Shown here in pieces: positions 27,417-36,438 of a stretch of DNA of 54,763 bases; the stretch's first letter is position 1, and every line of letters begins with the position of its first letter. Origin of the DNA: a virus. Its lineage: Duplodnaviria; Caudoviricetes. The position numbers and the translations under genes were made by a program. The stretch spans positions 1 through 54,763 of IMG/VR virus record IMGVR_UViG_3300047284_000338; one strand, given 5' to 3'. The notes under the pieces are model-generated. The model searched no databases. It worked only from the letters and a program-made list of their open reading frames with translations, and was not told the origin of the DNA.

Positions 27417-29399
27417 ATGGCCGTTTTCGCTCTTCGATGCTTTGATCCCAGTGACAAGACTAACAAGGTTGTCTATTATGACAACTCAAACAATCTCATC
27501 ACAGACGGGCACGACACTGCTCCTCATACTGACCAGCCAGTCCTGACTCCGCATCGCGTATCACGTGAAACTCCAGCCGGGAAGGCTGCGCTGCCTCGCG
27601 TGCTCAAAATCCAAATGGGCTTGAGCTGCAACTACTCTTGCGAGTATTGCGTGCAGCGTTTTGTGCCCCATGCCGATGAAACCAGCGCCGTGATGGTGCC
27701 GGCGTTCGTCGAAGCTCTGCGCAGCTGGTTCAACCCGCCTAATGGCGGGGAAGGACGCCGCATCGAGTTCTGGGGCGGTGAGCCGCTGGTCTACCTGAAG
27801 ACCATGCGCCCTCTGGCTGAAAAACTTCGAGCAGCCTACCCCAACATCAGATTTTCAACTATTACCAACGGCTCACTGCTCACTCGCGAGATTGTCGATT
27901 GGTTCTACGACATGGGTTTTTCCCTGGCCATATCTCACGATGGCCCAGGCCAGGCGGTGCGCGGGATCGATCCGCTGACACGTCCCGCAACACGAGACGC
28001 ATGGCTTTACGCTTACCAGCGACTCAGCCCTTACCGGATCTCCTTCAACACCATGATGAACCGCGAAAACCGATCGCGGTGGGCAGCAGCTCAGTTTTTT
28101 CGCGAGCTGACTGGCAATCCAGGTGTGGTGGTCGGAGAAGGCAGCATTGTCGATGCTTACGACGAAGGTGGCGTCTCAATGTCGCTCAGGCCTGAAGATT
28201 TCAAGGTCTATGCAAATCAAGCATGGGCAGAAATAAGACAAACTGACGTCGCAGCCAACTTTGGAATTATTCCTTCCCGAGTGAACGAGTGGCTCAACGC
28301 TTTCAATACCATGCAGCGAGCCGAGACTCTCGGCCAAAAGTGCGGCATGGATCGAATGGACTCAGTGGCAGTCGACCTGCGCGGCAACGTGGTCACCTGT
28401 CAGAACGTGTCGGCATCGGCTACCGCTCCAAACGGGGAGTCGCACAAGATCGGCCACATGTCCAGCATGGAGGACGTGAAGCTCAACACGGCTACCCACT
28501 GGAGCTTCCGCGACAAGTGCTCCAAGTGCCCCGTGCTCCAGGTCTGCAAAGGCTCTTGCATGTTCCTGGAGGGTGAGTTGTTCGAGGTGAGCTGCAACAA
28601 CGCCTACTTTGATCACGTGCCAATGTTCGCAGAAGCGCTATTGCAGCGGACCGGGCTTGTACTGCGTGAAATCGTGGGCGACTTGCCAGCAGAGCGCCGC
28701 GATCCATTCGGATTGGCTTATCCGGCGCCGCTTCTGACATCTTCGACCAGTCCTGAGCTGCAGAAGTGGCGTTTGCACAGTGACTTTATTGAGGCATACT
28801 ATGTGCCTGACGTTCTAAACAAAGAAGAGTGCAAGAGAATCATTGGCGCCGCTGACACTTGCATGGCTCAGGACTTTACTGTTGGCAAGGGCGGGTTTCG
28901 GGTTTGGAGCGAACACCGGACTAGCGCAAGCTCGAAGATGCCATTAGTCGATTCCGATTTTTGCATGGAGCGAGAGATCGACGCCCGTCTGGCTGCGATT
29001 ATTGGATGGGACCCCGCCGCAAGCGAGCCCATGAGATTGTTGCGCTACGAACCAGGTCAGCAATTCAAGCTGCACGCGGACTATTTTCCAGATGTCAAAA
29101 ATGAGTGGACTGAGCCCGGCGGTCAAAGAGTTTGGACTGCATTGCTTTACCTGAACGACATGGAGCAAGACCAGCAAGGGGAGACCAATTTTCCTGACGC
29201 CGGTATTCAGGTTTCGCCTCGAGCAGGATCTGTATTGTTGTTCCGAAATCTGCTTGATGATGGTCAATGCAATTACTTTGCCCGCCACGAAGGACGGCCT
29301 CCGGCATTTGGTGTTAAGTTTTGTTTGACCAAGTTCTTTCGACAAGAGCCTGGTCGCAATCCCCTGTACGCTTCAGTCAATCAAGAGGTCTTCGCTTGA
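27417..29399 (+). CDS. Radical SAM/SPASM protein fused to a C-terminal prolyl-4-hydroxylase-like 2OG-Fe(II) oxygenase
   Basis: CNYSCEYC (CxxxCxxC), FWGGEPL, TNGSLL, ISHDGP; SPASM KCG...TCQ...CSKCPVLQVCKGSC...C; oxygenase LRYEPGQQFKLHADYF, TALLYLND, GETNFP, H...K. Confidence 0.92.
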   Translation: MAVFALRCFDPSDKTNKVVYYDNSNNLITDGHDTAPHTDQPVLTPHRVSRETPAGKAALPRVLKIQMGLSCNYSCEYCVQRFVPHADETSAVMVPAFVEALRSWFNPPNGGEGRRIEFWGGEPLVYLKTMRPLAEKLRAAYPNIRFSTITNGSLLTREIVDWFYDMGFSLAISHDGPGQAVRGIDPLTRPATRDAWLYAYQRLSPYRISFNTMMNRENRSRWAAAQFFRELTGNPGVVVGEGSIVDAYDEGGVSMSLRPEDFKVYANQAWAEIRQTDVAANFGIIPSRVNEWLNAFNTMQRAETLGQKCGMDRMDSVAVDLRGNVVTCQNVSASATAPNGESHKIGHMSSMEDVKLNTATHWSFRDKCSKCPVLQVCKGSCMFLEGELFEVSCNNAYFDHVPMFAEALLQRTGLVLREIVGDLPAERRDPFGLAYPAPLLTSSTSPELQKWRLHSDFIEAYYVPDVLNKEECKRIIGAADTCMAQDFTVGKGGFRVWSEHRTSASSKMPLVDSDFCMEREIDARLAAIIGWDPAASEPMRLLRYEPGQQFKLHADYFPDVKNEWTEPGGQRVWTALLYLNDMEQDQQGETNFPDAGIQVSPRAGSVLLFRNLLDDGQCNYFARHEGRPPAFGVKFCLTKFFRQEPGRNPLYASVNQEVFA

Positions 29400-29581
29400 A
29401 CCAGCTCAAACAACAGCTCACCGAGCTGATCGACGCTTACGGCACCGCCAGGGTAACCGGTAATCAGCTGCTGACACAGGCAGCTGCCTCCAGCTTGGTG
29501 GAGTTCCTTGAAAGCGTCGTCATCAGCAGCGACGTAGCCGTCGAGCCCTCCGAAGCCGAGCCTGCCCCCTCTGAGGACTGA
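29396..29581 (+). CDS. Hypothetical protein
   Basis: TTG start overlapping the previous stop; translationally coupled to the next ORF. Confidence 0.5.
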   Translation: MNQLKQQLTELIDAYGTARVTGNQLLTQAAASSLVEFLESVVISSDVAVEPSEAEPAPSED

Positions 29582-29718
29582 TGGCCGTCAAAGCCAAGAC
29601 AGGCGTTGCCAGGGTCGACCACCAGCCTGGTCGACCCAAGACCACCTCCATCGGGCAGGGCATGAATTCCAGGCCGCGGCGACGGGGCAAAAAGCCACTG
29701 CGCGGGCAGGGTCGATAG
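29581..29718 (+). CDS. Small basic protein (45 aa, ends KKPLRGQGR)
   Basis: Read manually: MAVKAKTGVARVDHQPGRPKTTSIGQGMNSRPRRRGKKPLRGQGR; too short for the ORF track. Confidence 0.65.
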   Translation: MAVKAKTGVARVDHQPGRPKTTSIGQGMNSRPRRRGKKPLRGQGR

Positions 29719-29892
29719 ATGGACCCCGCCACTCGGGAAAATTGGCGCAAAGTCAAGGAAGTCCTTGAGGCGGCGGGAAAAACCGACAACCACTACTACC
29801 GCCGAGCGCTTGCCATCGTGGCCGGAATGCCGGACCCATTCGATCGCTACGATGGGACCGACGCAGGCCGCAGCGATGTCAGACGACCCTAA
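29719..29892 (+). CDS. Small hypothetical protein (57 aa)
   Basis: Read manually: MDPATRENWRKVKEVLEAAGKTDNHYYRRALAIVAG...; starts immediately after the previous stop. Confidence 0.6.
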   Translation: MDPATRENWRKVKEVLEAAGKTDNHYYRRALAIVAGMPDPFDRYDGTDAGRSDVRRP

Positions 29893-30109
29893 AAGCGTAG
29901 GCGGCGTCCTGACCGCTTCGCTCCCGGCGGCCATTGCCGCCGGCATGTTTGCGATTGGTGCGCTCCTGGTCTCCATGCAGGTCCAGGCCGCCAGGATTGA
30001 AGCCACAGTGCAGGCGACAGCCAGCGCTATTCAAGACTTGAAAAACGACGCACGCACCCAGCTTGCCGATCTCGATAAGCGAGTGCGCATGCTTGAAATT
30101 CGCGAGTAA
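29876..30109 (+). CDS. Membrane protein with coiled coil (lysis accessory/holin-like)
   Basis: One TM segment plus coiled coil; lies in the lysis cassette. Confidence 0.55.
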   Translation: MSDDPKSVGGVLTASLPAAIAAGMFAIGALLVSMQVQAARIEATVQATASAIQDLKNDARTQLADLDKRVRMLEIRE

Positions 30110-30123
30110 CGTGGAGACATACC

Positions 30124-30321
30124 GTGCTCAACATCATGCGCTACCTGCCTGAAATCGTGACCGTTGCCGTCGCCGCGCATGGCCTCGCGGTGGCGATTGT
30201 CAACCTGACCCCTACGCCGAAAGACAACGAAGCGCTCGACACCTACAGCCGCATGGTGGTCAAGGTGTACCGCGCAATCGAGATCCTGGCCGGTGTCATC
30301 ACCCCACTGGTGAAGCGCTGA
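30124..30321 (+). CDS. Holin-like membrane protein
   Basis: Hydrophobic segments, LTPTPKD motif; directly before the endolysin. Confidence 0.6.
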   Translation: MLNIMRYLPEIVTVAVAAHGLAVAIVNLTPTPKDNEALDTYSRMVVKVYRAIEILAGVITPLVKR

Positions 30322-30324
30322 GCC

Positions 30325-31413
30325 ATGGCCAACCCGGCACCGATCACCTTGGAGCAGATCGTCCGGTTCAACCGGGGGCTGCCACACCAGCTGGCCGCCA
30401 TCTCCGAGCTGGAGGCCGACCTCAAGGCCAACGGCTACGAGGTGGCGATGCGCCGAGATCGGCCGTGGTTCAACACCTGGAGCCAGGACGGTAAGCAGGT
30501 GGACCTCAGTGACGCGCTGGAGCTGATCCAGCAGTTCGAGGGCTGCCACTTGGACGCTTACCCTGACCCGGCCAGCGGCGGCGAGCCGTGGACGATCGGC
30601 TGGGGCACGACCCGCTACAGCGACGGCCGCAAGGTCGAAAAGGGCGACAAGCTGAACCGCGTTGAGGCCGACATGCTGCTGCGGCAGGAGGTCGACCGGA
30701 TCGCTGACAAACTGCGCACGACCGTGCCGTTCTGGGTGGCGATGGCCGACTACCAGAAATGCGCCTTGATCAGCTTCGCCTACAACCTCGGCTCGGGGTT
30801 CTACGGCACCCAGGGCTTCGAGACGATCAGTCGCGAGCTGCGCGAGAAGAATTGGGCCGCGGTCCCGGCTGCCATGCTGCTCTACCGCAACCCTGGCAGC
30901 AACGTCGAGGCCGGCCTGAAGCGCCGCAGGGAGGCCGAGGGTAAGCTCTGGCAGGGCAGCAAGCCGGCAGCACCAAAGCAGCCTGCAACGGCCAAGCTGA
31001 CGCCTGACAGCCCGTTCACGCTGCGGGTCACGCCGCACATCACCCTGGGCGAGTTTGCGCTCGACCAGGAGGCCAGGCGCTTCGGTCACCAGCACCAGCT
31101 GGACACCGCAGCCGAGCTGGCCGCCTTCCTCGAGCGGGTGCGGATCGCGTTCGGTGGCAAGCCGATCATCATCACCAGCGGCTACAGGCCGCCGGCGATC
31201 AACCGCTCAGTGGGTGGTGCCTCGGGGTCCGAGCACCTGTACTCCCAGCCCCGCGAGGGTGCAGTGGACTTCCTGATTCACGGCGCCGACATCAAGCTGG
31301 TCCAGGACTGGTGCGACAAGAACTGGCCTTTCAGCGTCGGTTACGGCGCTCCGAAGGGGTTCGTGCATCTGGGTCGTCGCGCTGACGGCCAGCGGAGGCG
31401 CTGGGACTACTGA
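30325..31413 (+). CDS. Endolysin: GH24 lysozyme plus C-terminal peptidase M15 domain
   Basis: FEGCHLDAYPD...WTIGWGTT, ALISFAYNLG, GLKRRREAE; ITSGYR..N..VGGASGSEHL...AVD...FVHLG. Confidence 0.92.
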   Translation: MANPAPITLEQIVRFNRGLPHQLAAISELEADLKANGYEVAMRRDRPWFNTWSQDGKQVDLSDALELIQQFEGCHLDAYPDPASGGEPWTIGWGTTRYSDGRKVEKGDKLNRVEADMLLRQEVDRIADKLRTTVPFWVAMADYQKCALISFAYNLGSGFYGTQGFETISRELREKNWAAVPAAMLLYRNPGSNVEAGLKRRREAEGKLWQGSKPAAPKQPATAKLTPDSPFTLRVTPHITLGEFALDQEARRFGHQHQLDTAAELAAFLERVRIAFGGKPIIITSGYRPPAINRSVGGASGSEHLYSQPREGAVDFLIHGADIKLVQDWCDKNWPFSVGYGAPKGFVHLGRRADGQRRRWDY

Positions 31414-31444
31414 CGCGCTACTCTGACGTCGGGTGAATGTGTGG

Positions 31445-31481
31445 AAGCCCCGGCGTGTGAAGGCGCTGGGGCTTTTTCTTT
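31445..31481 (+). terminator. Rho-independent terminator ending the late/lysis transcript
   Basis: AAGCCCCGGCG-loop-CGCTGGGGCTT followed by TTTCTTT. Confidence 0.85.
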
Positions 31482-31551
31482 GCGAGTTGCTACGACACCC
31501 CGCCCTGCCGTCGCTGCCCGGATACGCTGGCCGGGTCACCTGACTCCTGCT

Positions 31552-32079
31552 GTGATCCTTCACGACATTGAGATCCGTCGACTCTGCGAGCACGACCGGA
31601 TGATCGTTCCCTTTGAGCCCGAGCAGCTCAACCCAGCCAGCTACGACGTGCTGCTGGGCAACCACCTGATGATCGAGGCGGCCGTGAGCAGCGGCCCGGA
31701 TCAGGTGCGGCTCGACATCAGCGACAACACCAAGGAGCACCCCTACTGGCTCAAGCCAGGCCAGTTCGTGCTGGCAGAGACGTTCGAGACCTTCAACATC
31801 CCCGAGGACGTCGCGGCGCAGTTCGTGCTGAAGTCCAGCCGGGCCCGGGAGGGCTACCAGCACATGCTGGCCGGGTTCTGCGACCCGGGCTGGCATGGCA
31901 GCAAGCTGACGATGGAGATCAAGAACGTCCGGCAGCTGAAGGCGCTTCCCGTGTGGCCCGGCATGAAGATCGGTCAGATGGTCTTCTTCCTGACAACGGG
32001 CAAGCCCGAGGTCTCCTATGCCCAGGTTGGGCACTACAACGACAACGCCACGGTGATGCCGTCATGGGAATCGAACTGA
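31552..32079 (+). CDS. dcd: dCTP deaminase
   Basis: QLNPASYDV, LKSSRAREG, AGFCDPGWHG, PGMKIGQMVF; GTG start at 31552. Confidence 0.92.
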   Translation: MILHDIEIRRLCEHDRMIVPFEPEQLNPASYDVLLGNHLMIEAAVSSGPDQVRLDISDNTKEHPYWLKPGQFVLAETFETFNIPEDVAAQFVLKSSRAREGYQHMLAGFCDPGWHGSKLTMEIKNVRQLKALPVWPGMKIGQMVFFLTTGKPEVSYAQVGHYNDNATVMPSWESN

Positions 32080-32696
32080 TCCACCGCACGCCCGACGCCG
32101 AGCGGCTCATCGTGAAGATGGCCCGGGTGTCCGCGCCTCAGAACGCCGACAACATGGAGACCGGGCCGCGCCTGCTGCGCTACCTGATCAGGCACAAGCA
32201 CTGGAGCCCATTCGAGATGGCTTCCATGTGCGTGAAGATCGACACCGAGCGCGACATCGCGGCCCAGATCCTGCGCCACCGCTCCTTCAGCTTCCAGGAG
32301 TGGAGCACTCGCTATGCCACAGCGCAGGAGCCGGCAATGCCGGCCCTGCGTCGTCAGGATAACAAGAACCGGCAGAACAGCTTCGACGACTTGCCGGCCG
32401 AGCTGACTGCTGAGCTGCTCGAACGGATCCAGTCGGTGTTCGGCGCCACCTCGAAGCTCTACAACGACATGCTCGAAGCCGGCGTGGCCAAGGAGACGGC
32501 TCGCCGGATCTTGCCGCTCAGCACCCGAACCACGCTCTTCATGCACGGCTCGCTGCGCTCATGGATTCACTATCTTGAGGTTCGGTGCGATCCGGCGACT
32601 CAGCTGGAGCATCGTCAGATAGCCGACGGCATCAGGGCCATCTTCTCGGCTGAGTTCCCCACCATCAGCGAAGCGCTCTACGGCGCAGACTCCTGA
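32064..32696 (+). CDS. thyX: FAD-dependent thymidylate synthase
   Basis: ARVS, HWSPFE, QILRHRSFSFQEWSTRY ThyX motif, KETARRILP, TQLEHR. Confidence 0.95.
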   Translation: MGIELIHRTPDAERLIVKMARVSAPQNADNMETGPRLLRYLIRHKHWSPFEMASMCVKIDTERDIAAQILRHRSFSFQEWSTRYATAQEPAMPALRRQDNKNRQNSFDDLPAELTAELLERIQSVFGATSKLYNDMLEAGVAKETARRILPLSTRTTLFMHGSLRSWIHYLEVRCDPATQLEHRQIADGIRAIFSAEFPTISEALYGADS

Positions 32697-32747
32697 ATCA
32701 CGCAAACCGCCCGGCGCCCAGATCGTCGGGCTCTCTTTTCGTCACCG

Positions 32748-35012
32748 ATGTTCCCGACCACCGCACCCGCTGCCAATCCCGTTTTCTACCGCACCTATTC
32801 CCGCAAGCGCCCCGAAGGCCGTGAAAGCTGGCGTGAGGTCACAGACCGCACCGTCAATGGCCTGGTCGTTCTGGGCAAGCTCACCGAGGCCGAGACCCGC
32901 CTGATCCGGCAGCAGCAGGAGCACCTGCGTTGCCTGCCCTCCGGCCGCTGGTTGTGGGTGGGTGGCACGCCCTGGATCGAGAAGCCCGAGAACTTCTCCG
33001 GCGCCTACAACTGCACCTCCACCGATCTGATCGACTGGGAGGCGTTCGCGCTGATGATGGACCTGGCCATGATGGGCTCGGGCACCGGCGCCATCATCGA
33101 GCCGCATCTGATCGAGCAGCTGCCGATCGTCCGCAATCGCCTTGAGGTCGAGGTGGTTCAAGGCATCGGCGTGATGCCCGATGGGCGCCGCCAGCAGACC
33201 ACCACGCTGAGCTGGGCCGGCCCTGACGCCACCATCACCGTGGGGGACAGCCGGGCCGGCTGGGTCCGCGCCTACCGGCTGATGCTGGAGCTCAGCAGTG
33301 CGACCGACTTGGACCCCTTCAAGATCAGGGTGATCCTCGGCAACGTGCGTCCCGCCGGTGAGTGTCTCCAGGGTTTTGGCGGCACGGCCAACCCCGCCAA
33401 GCTGCCCGAGCTGTTCGGCCGCATGGCAGCCATCCTCAACCGGGCCAACGGCCGCCGCCTCACATCGGTGGAGTGCTGCCTGTTGATCGACGAGGCCGCC
33501 TCGGTGGTTGTCGCCGGCAACATCCGCCGCAGCGCTGGCATGCGCCAGTTCGCTGCCGATGACGACCAGGCAGCCGCCGCAAAGGACAACCTGTGGTCTC
33601 AGGGCGAGGACGGCGCCTGGCGCATCGACCCAGAGCGCGACGCCCTGCGGATGGCCAACCACACGCGGGTGTTCCACGAGCGCCCGAGCCGCGAGGTGGT
33701 CCTGGAGGCTGTCACCAAGCAGTTCTACTCCGGTGAGGGTGCCATCCAGTTTGCTCCCGAGGCCATCGCCCGCTCCAACCGCGACCTGCTCACCAGTGAG
33801 GAGCTGCGCCGCCAGTTCGTCAACGTCTATTGCGACGAGGGCCAGGAGGTCGCTGCCAGCCTGCTGCTGCACTTGCGCCCTGAGATGGAGCTGGAGGAGC
33901 TCGATCACCGCCTAGGCCGCTACGGCCTCAACCCCTGCGGCGAGATCCTGGGCACCGACTTCCACTGCAACCTGTCTGAGATTCACCTGAACCAGCTCGA
34001 CCCCTCAGACGAGAAGGGTCAGGACGATGCGTTCCGCGCCGGCGCCCTGGCCGTGGCCGCCCTGCTCAACCACGAGTTTGTGGTCGAGCGGTACCGCAAG
34101 AGCCGCGAGCTCGATCCGATCGTTGGCGTCAGCTTCACCGGCCTGTTCGATTTCTTCGTCCATGCCTTCGGTGCTGACTGGCTGGAGTGGTTCGCCGCCG
34201 GCCGCCCTGACACCGAGACTGGCCGCGTCTACAAGGTCGCCGAAGCCGCTTACCTAAAGCGCTGGCGCAACGTGGTCGAGGGCACCGTCTGGGAGTATTG
34301 CGACCGCCACGGCCTGCGTCGCCCCAACCGCTGCACCACCGTGCAGCCCGCCGGCACCAAGAGCCTGCTGACCGGCGCCTCGCCCGGCTGGCACCCGCCC
34401 AAGGCCCAACGCTTCATCCGCCGCATCACCTTCCGCAAGAACGATCCGGTGGCGATGGCCTGCATCGACTTCGGCTACAACGTGATCCCCAGCCAGTCCG
34501 ACAAGGACGAGCAGGGCCGGCTGCTCGACAACCCGTTCGACGAGCGCTGCACCGAGTGGCTGGTGGAGATCCCCACCGCTGTGAGCTGGGCCGACCTGCC
34601 CGGCGCTGACGCCGTCGACATCAGCCAGATCTCGGCGCTCGCGCAGTTCGACTTCTACATGCAGGTGCAGAAGCACTACACCGCGCACAACACCTCGGCG
34701 ACCATCGAGTACCGGGAGAACGAAATCGAACCGCTTGCTGACGCCATCTATCAGGCCATTCAGGACAACGAGGGTTACATCAGCGCTGCTCTCCTGGCAC
34801 GTTTTGATGCAAATGAGACGTTCCCGCGCCTGCCATTCGAGCCGATCGACAAGGCCACCTTCGAGAAGCTCTCGGCCGAAGTGGAAGCTCGCCGCGGCGA
34901 GGATGATTTTTTTGCGGCCCTGAAGCGCTATGACGTAGGTGAGCTTGTCGAAGCGGGTCCAGCCGGGTGCGATGGAGACAAGTGCCTTTTCGCCGCCGCC
35001 TCGCCCAAATGA
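32748..35012 (+). CDS. nrdJ: Class II (adenosylcobalamin-dependent) ribonucleotide reductase
   Basis: YRTYSR, PSGRWLW, YNC, VVAGNIRRSA, NPCGEI, TTVQPAGTKSLL, C-terminal CDGDKC; no beta subunit nearby. Confidence 0.93.
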   Translation: MFPTTAPAANPVFYRTYSRKRPEGRESWREVTDRTVNGLVVLGKLTEAETRLIRQQQEHLRCLPSGRWLWVGGTPWIEKPENFSGAYNCTSTDLIDWEAFALMMDLAMMGSGTGAIIEPHLIEQLPIVRNRLEVEVVQGIGVMPDGRRQQTTTLSWAGPDATITVGDSRAGWVRAYRLMLELSSATDLDPFKIRVILGNVRPAGECLQGFGGTANPAKLPELFGRMAAILNRANGRRLTSVECCLLIDEAASVVVAGNIRRSAGMRQFAADDDQAAAAKDNLWSQGEDGAWRIDPERDALRMANHTRVFHERPSREVVLEAVTKQFYSGEGAIQFAPEAIARSNRDLLTSEELRRQFVNVYCDEGQEVAASLLLHLRPEMELEELDHRLGRYGLNPCGEILGTDFHCNLSEIHLNQLDPSDEKGQDDAFRAGALAVAALLNHEFVVERYRKSRELDPIVGVSFTGLFDFFVHAFGADWLEWFAAGRPDTETGRVYKVAEAAYLKRWRNVVEGTVWEYCDRHGLRRPNRCTTVQPAGTKSLLTGASPGWHPPKAQRFIRRITFRKNDPVAMACIDFGYNVIPSQSDKDEQGRLLDNPFDERCTEWLVEIPTAVSWADLPGADAVDISQISALAQFDFYMQVQKHYTAHNTSATIEYRENEIEPLADAIYQAIQDNEGYISAALLARFDANETFPRLPFEPIDKATFEKLSAEVEARRGEDDFFAALKRYDVGELVEAGPAGCDGDKCLFAAASPK

Positions 35013-35320
35013 GATTTGCCTCCCGCAACGGCAGCATCAGCCCCAGGGAAGGACTGGAAACCGCCTATCAGCTGTTCGCTGATGGGCGGCCCCAGGACGC
35101 CGCAATGATGTTCCTGGCCTATGCCGACCAGGACAACGACATCGGAGTGGTGGGGCAAAGCGAGTTCGACGCTCTGTCTGCACACCTGAAGGAGGTGCTG
35201 GCCCACGTGGCGCTCTACAAACTGATCATGGATCGCCAGATCCAGCCGGTGCTTACCGATGACCTGGAGCCGGCCTACAAGCCGTCGCCCTGGTACGACG
35301 ACGACTGCAGGCCCAGCTGA
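35009..35320 (+). CDS. Hypothetical protein
   Basis: ATG overlaps the nrdJ stop; 3' end overlaps the integrase 3' end. Confidence 0.6.
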   Translation: MRFASRNGSISPREGLETAYQLFADGRPQDAAMMFLAYADQDNDIGVVGQSEFDALSAHLKEVLAHVALYKLIMDRQIQPVLTDDLEPAYKPSPWYDDDCRPS

Positions 35321-36438
35321 TCCGCCACGTTCCTCGCCATGGCCCGGGCGCCCTCGTCGACCAGATGGGCGTACCGAGCTGTGGTCGTTGGGCTGGCATG
35401 GCCGAGCAGACTGCCTACCTGAGGCAGCGTCAGATTCGCCTTGGTGATCGCCACCGAGGCGAAATTGTGCCGCAGATCATGCACCTTCATGCCTTTGATT
35501 TTCGCGGCGGCCATCAGCTCGAGCCAGAGCTTCTGATACCCCACCAGATGGCCATCGCCGTCCCCTGCGATAATCCACTGAGTGTTTGATTTGAGACGCA
35601 GCTCTCTCATGATGAGAATTGCAGCCGGAGGCATATGCACGACGCGATCTTTGCCGGTCTGCTGGCCGGTTTTGTGACCCTCGGCGGGAATCACCAGCAG
35701 ACCTGCTTTTTCGTCGAACCAGTCCCATCGGCCGCGGCAGATCTCGCCCACGCGGCAGCCGGTCAGCATCAGCAGCTTGATCAGCTGCGTGAAGCGCCAC
35801 CGCAGTGGCGTGGTCGCCATCGCGTCCAGTGCAGCTATCAGCCGCTGCCGCTCTTCGTCTGACAGGTAGCGCTCGCGGATCCGCTCGGCGGTCTTCTCGA
35901 TCTTGCGACAGGGGTTGGTCCCCTCCGGTCGGATGCCCCACACCTCGGCCATCGTGAATGCGGCCTTGAGGCACTGCAGAACGCGATTCCGCTGGATCGG
36001 TGCCACCTTCGACAGGAGGTCGACCACCTGGGCCCGGGTGACCTCCCAGACACGCCTGGTGCCGATCTGGGGGATGATGTGCAGCCGCCAGATCTGCTCG
36101 TAGTTGGACGCCGTCTTGGGTCGCAGGGTGGCGTAGTGCTCCTTCTCCATCCGTGCCTGCAGCTGGGCCACGGTGGGCGCCAGGAGCCGCTGCTTGCGGG
36201 CCGTGGCCGGTGCGTTGCCCTTGGCCACCTCGCCCAGGAGCTTGTGGGCCTCCTGCCGGGCGATCGTCTTGTTGACGATCCCGTCGCGGCCGATCTTGTG
36301 GGTCTGCTGTTTGCCGCCCGGCTCCCGGAAGCGCAGGTACCACGTCCTGACGCCACTCGGCAGCACCATTACGCCCAATCCCGGCACCGCAGAGTCGGCT
36401 TCCCAGCGCTTCATCGACGTCTCCCATTCGCGCACCAT
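35275..36438 (-). CDS. int: Tyrosine integrase with N-terminal arm-binding domain
   Basis: TGCRVGEI, HDLRH, LLGH, TARY catalytic residues; VPGLGVMV..SGVRTWYLRFR arm domain; start may be 36414. Confidence 0.95.
   Translation of the reverse strand: MVREWETSMKRWEADSAVPGLGVMVLPSGVRTWYLRFREPGGKQQTHKIGRDGIVNKTIARQEAHKLLGEVAKGNAPATARKQRLLAPTVAQLQARMEKEHYATLRPKTASNYEQIWRLHIIPQIGTRRVWEVTRAQVVDLLSKVAPIQRNRVLQCLKAAFTMAEVWGIRPEGTNPCRKIEKTAERIRERYLSDEERQRLIAALDAMATTPLRWRFTQLIKLLMLTGCRVGEICRGRWDWFDEKAGLLVIPAEGHKTGQQTGKDRVVHMPPAAILIMRELRLKSNTQWIIAGDGDGHLVGYQKLWLELMAAAKIKGMKVHDLRHNFASVAITKANLTLPQVGSLLGHASPTTTARYAHLVDEGARAMARNVADQLGLQSSSYQGDGL

Noticed and set aside
27417-29399. Radical SAM as a DNA-modification (QueE/7-deazaguanine) or anaerobic RNR-activating enzyme
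   Set aside because: It has a SPASM domain, lies in the tail module, and no queC/queD/folE/dpdA or nrdD genes are present
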